Below are positions 1-9,670 of a stretch of DNA of 64,000 bases, one piece after another. The DNA is taken from NCBI GenBank assembly GCA_963765205.1, contig CAVXVB010000009.1, positions 448,001-512,000 of the forward strand, written 5' to 3'. The notes beneath the pieces are model-generated. The model saw only the letters and a list, made by a program, of their open reading frames with translations. It was not told where the DNA came from and made no database searches. Within the stretch, counting starts at the first letter, position 1. Each line of letters opens with the position of its first letter. The stretch is from an uncultured Verrucomicrobiae bacterium (GTDB lineage: Bacteria > Verrucomicrobiota > Verrucomicrobiia > Opitutales > JABDGR01). A program made the translations under genes and the position numbers.

Positions 1-368
1 ACAGCAAGCCGGCCCGCGTGCTGGCCTGGATCAAGTCCGCGGCGGCGCCGTTTCCCCGGCCCGTCATTGCCTGCCTCGGCCTGGCCTTTAAGGCCGACGT
101 GGACGATTTGCGCGAAAGCCCGGCGGTCGGGATTGTCGAGCAATTGGCCAAGGATTTTACCGGCGAAATTCTGGCCGTCGAGCCGCACATCCAGGCGCTC
201 CCCGCGGCCTTGGCCGCCAGCGGCCGGGTAAATCTGGTTGATGCGGCGCTTGCCCTGGCGCGCGCCGATGTGGTGGTCCTGCTCGTCAACCACCGCGCGT
301 TCAGCGAACTTGACCGGCGGAAGCTCGTAGGCAAGGCGGTCATTGACACGCGCGGATTTTGGCAATGA
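1..368 (+). CDS. wecC: UDP-N-acetyl-D-mannosamine dehydrogenase, C-terminal part (5' end outside window)
   Basis: IACLGLAFKADVDDLRESPA motif and terminal IDTRGFW typical of WecC-type nucleotide-sugar dehydrogenases. Confidence 0.85.
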   Translation, partial: SKPARVLAWIKSAAAPFPRPVIACLGLAFKADVDDLRESPAVGIVEQLAKDFTGEILAVEPHIQALPAALAASGRVNLVDAALALARADVVVLLVNHRAFSELDRRKLVGKAVIDTRGFWQ

Positions 369-2299
369 ATTTTTTTCGGAAGACGCGGCTTATCCTGAAA
401 TTTCTCGGCCCCGGCTGGGTGGCATTCCGGCTGCGCTACGCGATGGAACGGCGCACCGGCGCGCTCCGGCGGCGCTCGCCTTGCGGAAAATGGGAGGACA
501 TCCCTTCTGCTGCCTTGCTGCCAGACTGGGTCCAGGCTCTGCGCCTGCCTGCATCAGCAAAAAAATGGGGCGAGCGCTGTGTTACCGAGGCCGACGGCAT
601 CGCCCTTGGTGAATTTGTGCTCTTTTCGCACCACCAGAAATTTCTCGGCTGCCCGCCGGACTGGCACCACAACCCGTTCACGGGCGAATCCGCGCCCCGC
701 CACAGGCACTGGTCGACGCTCGGCGATTTTGCTTTCGGCGACATCAAGGCCATCTGGGAGCCGAGCCGTTGTGGCTGGGCGTTTACGCTGGCCCGCGCCC
801 ACGCCCGCCTCGGCGAAGCGCGCATCGCCGAACTGTTCTGGAAATTATTGGCCGACTGGTGCGCGCGGAATCCTCCGAATGAAGGCGTCAATTGGAAATG
901 CGGACAAGAGGCGACCTTTCGCCTGCTGGGGGCGACTTTTGCCATCGCTGAATTCGGCCGTCTGCCGAGCGCGACCACGGAGAGAATGCAATTGTGGGCG
1001 CGTTTTGTCACGGCCACCGCTCGGCGTATCAACGCCAATCTCGAATACGCGCTCAGCCAGTCCAACAACCACGGCATCAGCGAATGTGTCGGCTTGATCA
1101 CCGCCAGCCTGCTCTCAGCGGATACCGTCGAAACGCGCTCCTGGCGCGAGCGCGGCCTCGCGCATTTGTTCCGCCAACTCAACGAACTCATTTACGCCGA
1201 TGGCGGTTTTTCGCAACACTCGTTAATCTACCATCGCGTGCTGCTGCACGATTTGCTTTGGCTCATCGCGCTTTTGCGCCGGGCGGGGGAGGTGCCGCCG
1301 GATTGGCTGCTGAACAAATCGCGCGCCGCGCTCCTATTTTTGACCGCCCTAGTGGACGCAAATTCCGGCCGCGGCCCGCTCTTTGGCGCGAACGACGGCG
1401 CGAATGTGCTGCCTTTGGACGAATGCGCCTTTGATGATATGCGTGGAGTGATCCAAGCCGGCTGCGTTTTGCTCGACCGCGTGCGAATTTATCCGCCCGG
1501 CCCGTGGGATGAGGCCGCGTTTTGGCTGGCGGGAACCGATCCGTCGCAATTTCCCCTGCGCGCTCCCGAACAAATTCCTGAGCGCTGGCATGCGCCCAAT
1601 AGCGGTTGTTTCCAATGGCGTTCGGGCGACGTGCGACTCTTTTTCCACTGCCCGACTCATTTTCGCCATCGGCCCAGCCAGGCGGACATGTTGCATGTGG
1701 AAGTGTGGTGGCGCGGGCGGCCGCTGGCGCACGACGCCGGCACTTATTCCAACAATATGCCCCCCCCGCTCGGCGGCGCTTTCGGTCAGGCCGCAGCGCA
1801 CAACGTCCCGATGCTCTTCGGTCGTGAACCACTTGAAAAAGCCAGCCGCTTTCTTTACCTGCCCTGGCCGAACGGCACTGCGCAGTGGTCGGACGCCGAA
1901 AAATGTTTTCACGCCAGCCACGATGGCTATCGCGCGGACGCCACCCTCCAGCGCGCCATCTCCTCTCCTCAAACCGGCGTGTTTCTCGTCTCCGATCAAG
2001 TTACCTTGCGCCAGCCCGGGCGGGTGCGCTTGCACTGGCTGCTGGCCGATTTGGACTGGCAACTTGACGCCGCGGCGCAGACCATCACAACCCAGGTGGA
2101 TGGAAGAAATTTCGTGATTTCCTGGGACAGCCGAATCTCCGCGTTCTCGGCCAGCCTTGTGCGCGCCGATCCGGCCTCGGCGCGCGGTTGGTGGTCGCGC
2201 CACTATCTGGCGGTCGAGCCGGCCGTGTCGTTCGAGCTGCTGTTCGAAGTGACGGATCAACTGGAAGTTGCGACGCGCTTTGCGCCGGGAGGCGCGTGA
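365..2299 (+). CDS. Heparinase II/III-family protein of polysaccharide clusters
   Basis: ATGA overlap with wecC stop; motifs GDIKAIWEPSR, NPPNEGVNW, NNH, GANDGA, QADMLH, DAGTY. Confidence 0.8.
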   Translation: MNFFRKTRLILKFLGPGWVAFRLRYAMERRTGALRRRSPCGKWEDIPSAALLPDWVQALRLPASAKKWGERCVTEADGIALGEFVLFSHHQKFLGCPPDWHHNPFTGESAPRHRHWSTLGDFAFGDIKAIWEPSRCGWAFTLARAHARLGEARIAELFWKLLADWCARNPPNEGVNWKCGQEATFRLLGATFAIAEFGRLPSATTERMQLWARFVTATARRINANLEYALSQSNNHGISECVGLITASLLSADTVETRSWRERGLAHLFRQLNELIYADGGFSQHSLIYHRVLLHDLLWLIALLRRAGEVPPDWLLNKSRAALLFLTALVDANSGRGPLFGANDGANVLPLDECAFDDMRGVIQAGCVLLDRVRIYPPGPWDEAAFWLAGTDPSQFPLRAPEQIPERWHAPNSGCFQWRSGDVRLFFHCPTHFRHRPSQADMLHVEVWWRGRPLAHDAGTYSNNMPPPLGGAFGQAAAHNVPMLFGREPLEKASRFLYLPWPNGTAQWSDAEKCFHASHDGYRADATLQRAISSPQTGVFLVSDQVTLRQPGRVRLHWLLADLDWQLDAAAQTITTQVDGRNFVISWDSRISAFSASLVRADPASARGWWSRHYLAVEPAVSFELLFEVTDQLEVATRFAPGGA

Positions 2300-2302
2300 T
2301 CC

Positions 2303-3556
2303 ATGCACGTCCTTTATTTTCACCAGTATTTCAACACGCCGCGCGGCGCGGGCGGCATCCGTTCCTACGAATTCGCGCGACGGTTGCTTGCGCGCGGGCA
2401 CCGCGTCACCATGGTCTGTGTGATAGATGATCGGGACCCGCTCGATTTGCCCGGCCCGCCCGGCGCGCCGGTGCGGCGCGGTCTGATTGACGGCATCGAG
2501 GTCATCCAGTTGGGCCTCGCTTACTCCAACCACCAAAGCCTGCCGCAGCGCGCGCGGATTTTCCTGCGTTACGCGGCCCGCGGGATAGGCCTGGCGATGC
2601 GCATGGATTATGACTTGGTTTTTGCGACCAGCACGCCGCTGACGGCGGGGCTGCCCGGAATTTTTGCGCGCGGCCTGCGCCGCAAACCCTTTGTCTTTGA
2701 AGTCCGCGATTTGTGGCCCGAACTACCCAAAGCCATGGGCGTCGTGACGAATCCGGTGGTGCTGGCTGCGCTCAGCGGTTTGGAATGGCTGAGTTATCGC
2801 GCTGCTTCGGCCTGCGTCGGCTTGTCGCCCGGCATCGGCGAAGGCATCGCCCGGCGCAGCCGGAAACGCCTGCCCATCGCGGTCATTCCCAACGCCGCAG
2901 ATTTGGACCTGTTTCAACCGGGCCGGCGCGGGGACTTGCGTCTCCCCGGCGTCGGGCCGAATGATTTTGTGGCTGTATTCACGGGCGCGCATGGCCTCGC
3001 CAACGGCCTTGAGGCAGTGCTTGATGCCGCCGCCGAGTTGCAACGCCGCGGCCGGCGCGGCATCGTGCTGGCCCTGATTGGCGAGGGCAAACTAAAGCCC
3101 AAACTGATGGAGCGCGCGCACCGCGAAGGCCTCGATCAGTGCCGTTTTTTCGCGCCCATGCCCAAACAACAACTTAACGAAATCATTAGTTGCGCCGACG
3201 CGGGCCTGATGATTCTGGCCAACGTGCCGGCATTTTATTACGGCACGTCTCCCAACAAATTTTTCGACTACCTTTCCGCCGGTTTGCCGGTGATCAATAA
3301 TTATCCCGGCTGGCTGGCCGACCTGATTCAAACCCATCGCTGTGGGCTGGCCATCCCGCCTGGCAACCCGGCGGCGTTCGCCGACGCCCTTTGCCAATTG
3401 GCCGACGACCCGGCCCTGCGCCACACCTTCGGCCAAAACGCCCGGCAACTGGCCGAAACCAAATTTTCCCGCGCCCGGATGGCCGACCAATTTGTGGACT
3501 GGATCGAAGCCGTCCAGCAACGCCGCGCACCCGCCGGCTTGCAGCCCTTTGCCTAA
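2303..3556 (+). CDS. Glycosyltransferase family 4 (WbuB-like)
   Basis: HQYF..P...GGIRS, FVFEVRDLWPE, SPNKFFDYL motifs. Confidence 0.9.
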   Translation: MHVLYFHQYFNTPRGAGGIRSYEFARRLLARGHRVTMVCVIDDRDPLDLPGPPGAPVRRGLIDGIEVIQLGLAYSNHQSLPQRARIFLRYAARGIGLAMRMDYDLVFATSTPLTAGLPGIFARGLRRKPFVFEVRDLWPELPKAMGVVTNPVVLAALSGLEWLSYRAASACVGLSPGIGEGIARRSRKRLPIAVIPNAADLDLFQPGRRGDLRLPGVGPNDFVAVFTGAHGLANGLEAVLDAAAELQRRGRRGIVLALIGEGKLKPKLMERAHREGLDQCRFFAPMPKQQLNEIISCADAGLMILANVPAFYYGTSPNKFFDYLSAGLPVINNYPGWLADLIQTHRCGLAIPPGNPAAFADALCQLADDPALRHTFGQNARQLAETKFSRARMADQFVDWIEAVQQRRAPAGLQPFA

Positions 3557-3566
3557 TGGGCACCCC

Positions 3567-4208
3567 ATGAATCTTTATCGCCAGGGCGGCAAGCGTTTGT
3601 TCGACGTGGCGGCTGTGATGCTGGCCGCGCCCCTTTGGTTGCCGCTGGCGCTGATCGTGGCGGTCCTCGTGCGGTGCAAACTCGGCGCGCCGGTTTTCTT
3701 CCGCCAGCAGCGGCCCGGCTGGCGCGGGACGATTTTTGCCATCCACAAATTCCGCACCATGACCGACGCGCGCGACGCCCAGGGAAACCTGCTGCCGGAC
3801 TTGGCGCGCCTCACCCCGTTTGGCCGCTGGCTGCGCCGGACTTCGCTCGACGAGCTGCCCGAACTTTTTAACGTCCTGCGCGGTGACATGAGTCTGGTCG
3901 GCCCCCGTCCGCTTTTGATCCGCTACCTGCCGCGCTATTCGCCCGAGCAGGCCCGCCGCCATGACGCGCGTCCAGGCATCACCGGCCTGGCCCAGGTCAG
4001 AGGCCGCAACGACATCACCTGGGAGGAAAAATTCCGCCTCGATGTTTGGTATGTGGACAACCTGACCTGGTGGCTGGATGTGAACATTTTGTTTCTCACC
4101 ATCGGAAAAGTAATCGCTCGCGAAGGCGTCGTGGAACCCGCCACCGGCCTCCACCAGGAGTTCATGGGCAGCCCGCCGTCCACGCCGCCAGCTGACACCC
4201 AAAAGTAA
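3567..4208 (+). CDS. Bacterial sugar transferase (PglC-like initiating phosphoglycosyl transferase)
   Basis: KRLFD, KFRTM, SLDELPELFNVLRGDMSLVGPRP, RPGITGLAQV; start placed at the in-frame ATG 3567. Confidence 0.9.
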   Translation: MNLYRQGGKRLFDVAAVMLAAPLWLPLALIVAVLVRCKLGAPVFFRQQRPGWRGTIFAIHKFRTMTDARDAQGNLLPDLARLTPFGRWLRRTSLDELPELFNVLRGDMSLVGPRPLLIRYLPRYSPEQARRHDARPGITGLAQVRGRNDITWEEKFRLDVWYVDNLTWWLDVNILFLTIGKVIAREGVVEPATGLHQEFMGSPPSTPPADTQK

Positions 4209-4287
4209 CCTAAATTAGCCGGCAAGTTTTCGGTTCCCCGGCCGATAAGGGGGTTGCCCCTCGGTTGCCCTTCCGACCTCCTTCACC

Positions 4288-5403
4288 ATGTTTTGGGACG
4301 ACATCATTGACGCCACTGACCCCCGCTGGGAGGAAACTTTGCGCCGCTTCCCCCGGTATGACTTCCACCATTTGCCGCGCTATGTCGCGCTGGAGGCCGA
4401 CCGCCGCGATGCCAAGGCCGTGGCCTACGTTCTTCAGTGCGACCAAGGCGCGTTTCTGGTGCCCATGCTGGAATCACCCGTCCCCCTGACTCTGCAACCC
4501 ACCGGCGTTTCGCCGGAGGACGCCCTGGCGCCCTACGGCTATGCGGGACCGCTCATCATCGCCGAGGGCGACGAAAACCAGCGCACCAAATTTGCCGCCC
4601 TGGCCCTTGCCCGCCTGGCGGAATACCTGCGCTGCCGCAACATCTGCGCCCTCCTGCTGCGCTTTCATCCGCTGCTCCCCGTGCCCCTCCAGCCCTTTGC
4701 CGATTTGGGCCACCTCGTGTTGCACGGTGAAACCGTCAATGTGGATCTGCATCAGACCACCGCGCAATTATGGTCCGACACCCGGCGTGACTTTCGCAAC
4801 CCCATCAACCGCATGGAGCGCCAGGGCTTTCGCTTCGAACTCGATCCCGCGGGCCGCCAGCTCGGCGAATTTGTCAAAATCTATCACGAAACAATGCTGC
4901 GCGTCCGCGCCGACCCCAATTACTTTTTTTCCGAGGAATATTTTTACGGGTTGCAGAGCGCGCTCGGCGCCGGTTTCATGCTGGCCCATGTGCGCAATCC
5001 GGCGGGCGAAATTGTTTCCAGCGGCATTTTCACCACCTGTTCACGCATCGTGCAATATCACCTGTCCGGCAACAGCCTGGGTGGCGCGGGCGCGGATGGC
5101 TCCAAATTCCTCCTGCATGGCATCCGCCAATGGGCCCGGGAACAAGGCTTCGATTATTTCCACCTCGGCGGCGGGGTGGGGGCCAAAAACGATTCATTGT
5201 TCATGTTCAAGAGCGGTTTTTCCTCGGGCCGCGCCACCTTTCACACCTGGCGCCTGGTGGTGGATGAACCCGTTTACCAACGTTTGTGCCGCAAGTGGGA
5301 GGCCCAGCACCAAATGCTGGCGGATTCTCCCCGGGGCTATTTTCCCGCGTATCGCAAGATGCTGCCCCCGCCCGTGGTGCAGACCCAACGCCAATGCGCC
5401 TGA
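4288..5403 (+). CDS. FemAB/GNAT-family acyl or aminoacyl transferase
   Basis: PYGYAGP, RFHPL, YHLSG, HLGGGVG..DSLFMFKSGF, terminal YFPAYR. Confidence 0.75.
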   Translation: MFWDDIIDATDPRWEETLRRFPRYDFHHLPRYVALEADRRDAKAVAYVLQCDQGAFLVPMLESPVPLTLQPTGVSPEDALAPYGYAGPLIIAEGDENQRTKFAALALARLAEYLRCRNICALLLRFHPLLPVPLQPFADLGHLVLHGETVNVDLHQTTAQLWSDTRRDFRNPINRMERQGFRFELDPAGRQLGEFVKIYHETMLRVRADPNYFFSEEYFYGLQSALGAGFMLAHVRNPAGEIVSSGIFTTCSRIVQYHLSGNSLGGAGADGSKFLLHGIRQWAREQGFDYFHLGGGVGAKNDSLFMFKSGFSSGRATFHTWRLVVDEPVYQRLCRKWEAQHQMLADSPRGYFPAYRKMLPPPVVQTQRQCA

Positions 5404-5534
5404 AGTATATGTTGAGTGACACTTTTGGGGTCAGAGCTTATGGTGTTAAGAATATGTTAACGCTTGCCTTTCCATAACTGATTTGAGATTATGGCATTTA
5501 AGCGACAATTGTTTCGCCGTTCCGCATTTTTCCG

Positions 5535-6290
5535 ATGCACGAATCCCTCGAAGTGAAAGACGTTCCGCGCCCGCTGGTGATTATCGGCGCCGGCGGCCAC
5601 GGAATGGAAGTGCTCTGGGTCGCCGCCCGGATGTCCCTCGAACCGGTTTTTGGCAGTTGGAACGTCTTGGGTTTCGTGGATGACCGTCCCAGTTTGCGCG
5701 GGCGCTTGGTCGAAGGCCTGCCCGTGCTGGGTTCCGTGCAGGAATTTTTGGCATCCCACCGCGGCCAGCCGCTCTACTTTCATTGCGCCATCGGCAATAA
5801 TGCGCAACGCCAGCGCCTCGCGGAGCTGTTTGAGCGCGAGGGCTTTCAGCCCGCCACCATCATGGATCCCATGACCGTTGTGTCCCCGCGTGCCATCATC
5901 GGCCCGGGCTGCTACATTGCCCCGCGCTGCTACGTCGGGCCGCACGCCCGGCTCGGGCGCTATGTGCTGGTCAACGTCGGCGCGAGCATCGGGCACCATA
6001 GCGTCATGGGGGATTATTCACAGGCTTGCCCCGGCGTGCGGGTCAACGGCCACTGCGTGGTCGAGAAGCTGGCCTTTCTCGGCTCTAACTCCGTGGTGCA
6101 TCCCGGCAAGCACGTTGGTGCAAACGCCACGGTGGCGGCCGGTTCCTTCGTCGTGCGCGACGCCCTGCCCAACACCCTTGTGGTCGGCATTCCGGCCATG
6201 ACCGTGCATCACACGACCGTGTTCGACAGCGAGTCCATTGACGACGAAAGCCCGCCGCCCGCTCCGCTCCCCGCCCATTCCCCGGCCTGA
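5535..6290 (+). CDS. NeuD/PglD-family sugar acetyltransferase
   Basis: LVIIGAGGHG N-terminus, GFVDD, AIGNN..R, hexapeptide repeats, VGIPA. Confidence 0.85.
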   Translation: MHESLEVKDVPRPLVIIGAGGHGMEVLWVAARMSLEPVFGSWNVLGFVDDRPSLRGRLVEGLPVLGSVQEFLASHRGQPLYFHCAIGNNAQRQRLAELFEREGFQPATIMDPMTVVSPRAIIGPGCYIAPRCYVGPHARLGRYVLVNVGASIGHHSVMGDYSQACPGVRVNGHCVVEKLAFLGSNSVVHPGKHVGANATVAAGSFVVRDALPNTLVVGIPAMTVHHTTVFDSESIDDESPPPAPLPAHSPA

Positions 6291-6511
6291 TGAGCTCTGA
6301 CGAACAGATCCGCCTCCTGGTGGCGCGGGAACTGAAGGTTCCGCTCGAACTCCTGCAGCCCGACACCGCCCTGCATTCCCTGCCCGGTTTCGATTCCGTG
6401 CAATTGCTGATGCTCATGGTTGCGTTGGAGGAAATCGGCGTCAAAATGCCCGTCGCCGAGGCCGCCAACATGCGCACCTTCGGGGATGTCCTCGCCCTCG
6501 AACGCACTTGA
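6290..6511 (+). CDS. Acyl carrier protein
   Basis: 73 aa, acidic, GFDSV phosphopantetheine-attachment motif, terminal TFGDV. Confidence 0.8.
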   Translation: MSSDEQIRLLVARELKVPLELLQPDTALHSLPGFDSVQLLMLMVALEEIGVKMPVAEAANMRTFGDVLALERT

Positions 6512-6537
6512 ACTCCGCCCCGCCTTGGCCCCGGCCC

Positions 6538-7620
6538 ATGCCGCGCGCCGCCCTCACCGCCCTCCACCATTGTCTGCCCGTCCGGCGTTTGACCGAGGCG
6601 GAGCTGGAGGCGCGCTTTGGCGCAAAAAACATCCAGTCCATCGCCAAACTCTCCGGCATTCGCGAGCGGCGCGTTGTCGAGCCGGGCATGACGGCGGCGG
6701 ATTTGGCTTGGGCGGCGGCGGACCGCCTGCTGTCTGCTCGCGGGACGTCGCGCAAGACGATTGACCTGCTCATCGTCACGACGCAGACCGGCGATTATCA
6801 AATTCCCGGCACCGCGTATATTTTGCATGAACGCCTCGGCTTGTCGAAGAACTGCGCCGCCTACGACCTTAACCAGGGTTGCGCGGCCTATCCCTATGCG
6901 CTCGCGCTCGCGAATGGTTTATTCGCTACCGGTGTGGCGCAGCGGGCCCTGATCCTCAACACCGACGCTCTCTCCGGCGTAATTCATCCGCTGGACCGCA
7001 CGCTCGTCACCCTCCATGGCGACGGTGCGGTGGCGTCCTTGCTGGAGCCGACCATGGGTGACGAAGGACTCCTCGGCTTTCATTTCGGCACGGACAGCTC
7101 CGGCTGGCGCTACCTGTGCATGCCCGCCTCCGGTGCGCGCCAGCCCCGCGGCGAAAACACCCGCCGCGAAATCGCCGACGACACGGGTTGCGTGCGCACC
7201 GCCGAACATTTCCAGATGAACGGCCAGGCGATTTTCCATTTCGCCATCCACCAGGTGCCCGTTGTCGTGCGAGAGGCGCTCGCCAAATTCGGCGTGACCG
7301 TGGCGGATTTGGACCTCGTCATCCTGCATCAAGCCAACCGCTTCATGATCGAGCAAATCTACAAACAGCTCGGCGTGCCGCCGGAAAAACAATTTTATTA
7401 CCTCGAAAACGTCGGCAACCTCAGCGGCGCGGCCACGCCCGCCGCGCTCTCCGAAGCTGCGCGGCAGGGCCAAGTAAAGCCCGGCACGCTCATCCTGCTC
7501 GCCTCGTTCGGCGTCGGATTGTCGTGGGGTGTGGCGCTTGTGCGTATTGGCGCGGGCGGCCTCGCGCCCATCGCAGCCTCGACGGACCTGACCCTCGCCG
7601 ATTTGCCCGCCTCGCCATGA
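6538..7620 (+). CDS. 3-oxoacyl-ACP synthase III (FabH-like), cluster-dedicated
   Basis: SGIRERR; catalytic Cys (NQGCAAY), His (HQAN), Asn (VGN); FGVGLSWG. Start could be 6508 (TTG) or 6538 (ATG). Confidence 0.88.
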   Translation: MPRAALTALHHCLPVRRLTEAELEARFGAKNIQSIAKLSGIRERRVVEPGMTAADLAWAAADRLLSARGTSRKTIDLLIVTTQTGDYQIPGTAYILHERLGLSKNCAAYDLNQGCAAYPYALALANGLFATGVAQRALILNTDALSGVIHPLDRTLVTLHGDGAVASLLEPTMGDEGLLGFHFGTDSSGWRYLCMPASGARQPRGENTRREIADDTGCVRTAEHFQMNGQAIFHFAIHQVPVVVREALAKFGVTVADLDLVILHQANRFMIEQIYKQLGVPPEKQFYYLENVGNLSGAATPAALSEAARQGQVKPGTLILLASFGVGLSWGVALVRIGAGGLAPIAASTDLTLADLPASP

Positions 7621-7847
7621 CCCGGCAAGAAAAACTCGGCCGCCTCCAGGAAATTTTCCGCGACGTGCTGGATCAGCCCGCGCTGCGGATTACCGAGGAT
7701 TTTGCCACCACCGATTGCCCGGAGTGGGACTCGGTGGCCACGGTGCAAATCGTCCTCGCCGCCGAGGCTGCTTTTAATGTGCGCGTGCCAGTGGAAACCG
7801 TCGCCCATCTGCGCAGCGTGCGCGAACTGCTCAATTTGTTGCCATGA
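7617..7847 (+). CDS. Acyl carrier protein (second)
   Basis: ATGA overlap with the FabH-like stop; MTRQEKLGRLQEIFRDVLD...EWDSV...; 76 aa at the end of ORF 7116..7847. Confidence 0.85.
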   Translation: MTRQEKLGRLQEIFRDVLDQPALRITEDFATTDCPEWDSVATVQIVLAAEAAFNVRVPVETVAHLRSVRELLNLLP

Positions 7848-9670
7848 GCGATCCCGCCGGCCAGCGTTTTTTTGCCGACGCCCTCGCGCGCGCGCGCGCG
7901 CGACGCGCGGACGGCGACCTGCCCGCCGCCTGGCGCGAGTTGCGCGCCGGGCTGGATGCTCCCGCCGATTATTCCACCTCGGTCGCGGCGGCCAAATTTT
8001 TGGAAAACACCGCGCCGGACGCGCCGCCGCCGGGCTGGCCGGTGCGCCGGGTTGCGCTCATCGGGGCCGACACCCTGGCATTTTTGCGTCCCATCATCCG
8101 TGCGCTGGCGTTTCGCGACGGCTGGTGGCCGGTATTCCATGAAGCCCCGTTCGGCGTCTGGCGGCAGGAGATTTTGGAGCCGCACTCGGCCTTGCGCCAA
8201 TTTCAGCCTGAGGTCACACTTGTTTTACGCGGTTGGCGCGCGGTCGGGCAGGGGAGGGTGGAGCTTGACCGGCTCTTCGAGGAGGAATTGAGCCTCGCGC
8301 GTAGCGCGACCGAGGGTTTGGGCATGGTGCTCTGGCCGGCATACGATTTGCCTGCCGCGGATGCCGAATTGCGCGCGGCCTTGACTGAGGTGAATTCGCG
8401 CCTGCGCGCGGCGCTGCCGCCGGAAATTATGTGGGCCGATCTAGCCGATGCACAAGCTGCCGTCGGCGAGAACTGGACGGACGAGCGCTTGTGGGAGGCC
8501 GTGTGTCAGCATCCTTCGCCTGTCGGCAGTGTGGCCATCGTGGAATTGTGGCTGGCGTTGCTCCGCGCGCGCTGGGGCCAAACCCGCAAGGTGCTGGTCA
8601 CGGACTTGGACAACATCCTGTGGGGTGGCGTCGTCGGCGAAGATGGCGTCGAAGGCCTGCGCGTCGGCCCCGGTTCACCAGCAGGCGAGGCCCATGCTTC
8701 TTACCAGCGGTATCTCCTCGAATTGAAGGAGCGCGGCGTGCTGCTGGCCGTCGTTTCCAAAAACAACGAGGCGGACGCGCGCGAGGTTTTCGCGCAGCTT
8801 GTAATGCCCCTGCGTCGCGAGGACTTCACCGGCTGGCTGGTCAATTGGTGTGACAAGGCCGAAAATTTGCGTGCCCTCGCGGCCTCGCTGCAATTGGGCC
8901 TCGACAGTTTTGTCTTTGTGGACGACCAGCCCGCGGAACGCGCCCGCGTGCGCTCGGCTCTGCCGGAAGTTGCCGTGCCCGAACTGCCCGCCGACCCGGC
9001 GGAGTTTGTCTCCTGTTTGCGCGCGCGGCGTTTTTTTGACGCGCCGGTCATTTCCGCCGAAGACCGCGGGCGCGCCGCCGCCTACCGCGCCAACGACCAG
9101 CGCGCGGAACTGCGCGCCGGCGCGGCCTCGCTCGAGGATTTTTTGCGCGGTCTCGACATGGTGGCCGAGTCCGGCCCCTTTTCCGACACAACGCTCGACC
9201 GCGTCGAGCAACTGCTCGCCCGCACCAACCAGTGGAACCTCACCACCCGCCGCCATTCCCGTGCCGAGATCACGGCCCTCCTCGCGCGACCCGGCGCGCT
9301 CGCCCGCTGGTTCCGCCTAGGCGACCGTTTTGGCGACCACGGCCTCGTCGGCCTCTGGCTGACGTTGCCGCGCGGCGACGGCGAATGGGAAATTGACAGT
9401 TGGGTGATGAGCTGCCGCGTCATCGGGCGCGGCCTGGAAGATCTGATGTTCAACGAACTCGCCGCCGCCGCGCGTGCCGTCGGCGCACTCCGCCTGCGCG
9501 GCGTTTACCGCCCCACGGCGAAAAACAGCTTGGTCGCCAAGTTATTCCCGGATTTAGGTTTTGCCGCCGAAGCCGAAACTCAAGCCAGCGAACAAATCTA
9601 TACGCTCGAATTGACTAGGGCGTCAGAGCGCCCGCACTTCATTCGTGCTGGTATCGGCGGTGCGCACTGA
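7844..9670 (+). CDS. FkbH-like HAD-IIIC phosphatase / glyceryl-ACP transferase
   Basis: KVLVTDLDNILWGGVVGEDG, SKNN, FVFVDD, RTNQWNLTT, DRFGDHG, MSCRVIGRG. Confidence 0.9.
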   Translation: MSDPAGQRFFADALARARARRADGDLPAAWRELRAGLDAPADYSTSVAAAKFLENTAPDAPPPGWPVRRVALIGADTLAFLRPIIRALAFRDGWWPVFHEAPFGVWRQEILEPHSALRQFQPEVTLVLRGWRAVGQGRVELDRLFEEELSLARSATEGLGMVLWPAYDLPAADAELRAALTEVNSRLRAALPPEIMWADLADAQAAVGENWTDERLWEAVCQHPSPVGSVAIVELWLALLRARWGQTRKVLVTDLDNILWGGVVGEDGVEGLRVGPGSPAGEAHASYQRYLLELKERGVLLAVVSKNNEADAREVFAQLVMPLRREDFTGWLVNWCDKAENLRALAASLQLGLDSFVFVDDQPAERARVRSALPEVAVPELPADPAEFVSCLRARRFFDAPVISAEDRGRAAAYRANDQRAELRAGAASLEDFLRGLDMVAESGPFSDTTLDRVEQLLARTNQWNLTTRRHSRAEITALLARPGALARWFRLGDRFGDHGLVGLWLTLPRGDGEWEIDSWVMSCRVIGRGLEDLMFNELAAAARAVGALRLRGVYRPTAKNSLVAKLFPDLGFAAEAETQASEQIYTLELTRASERPHFIRAGIGGAH

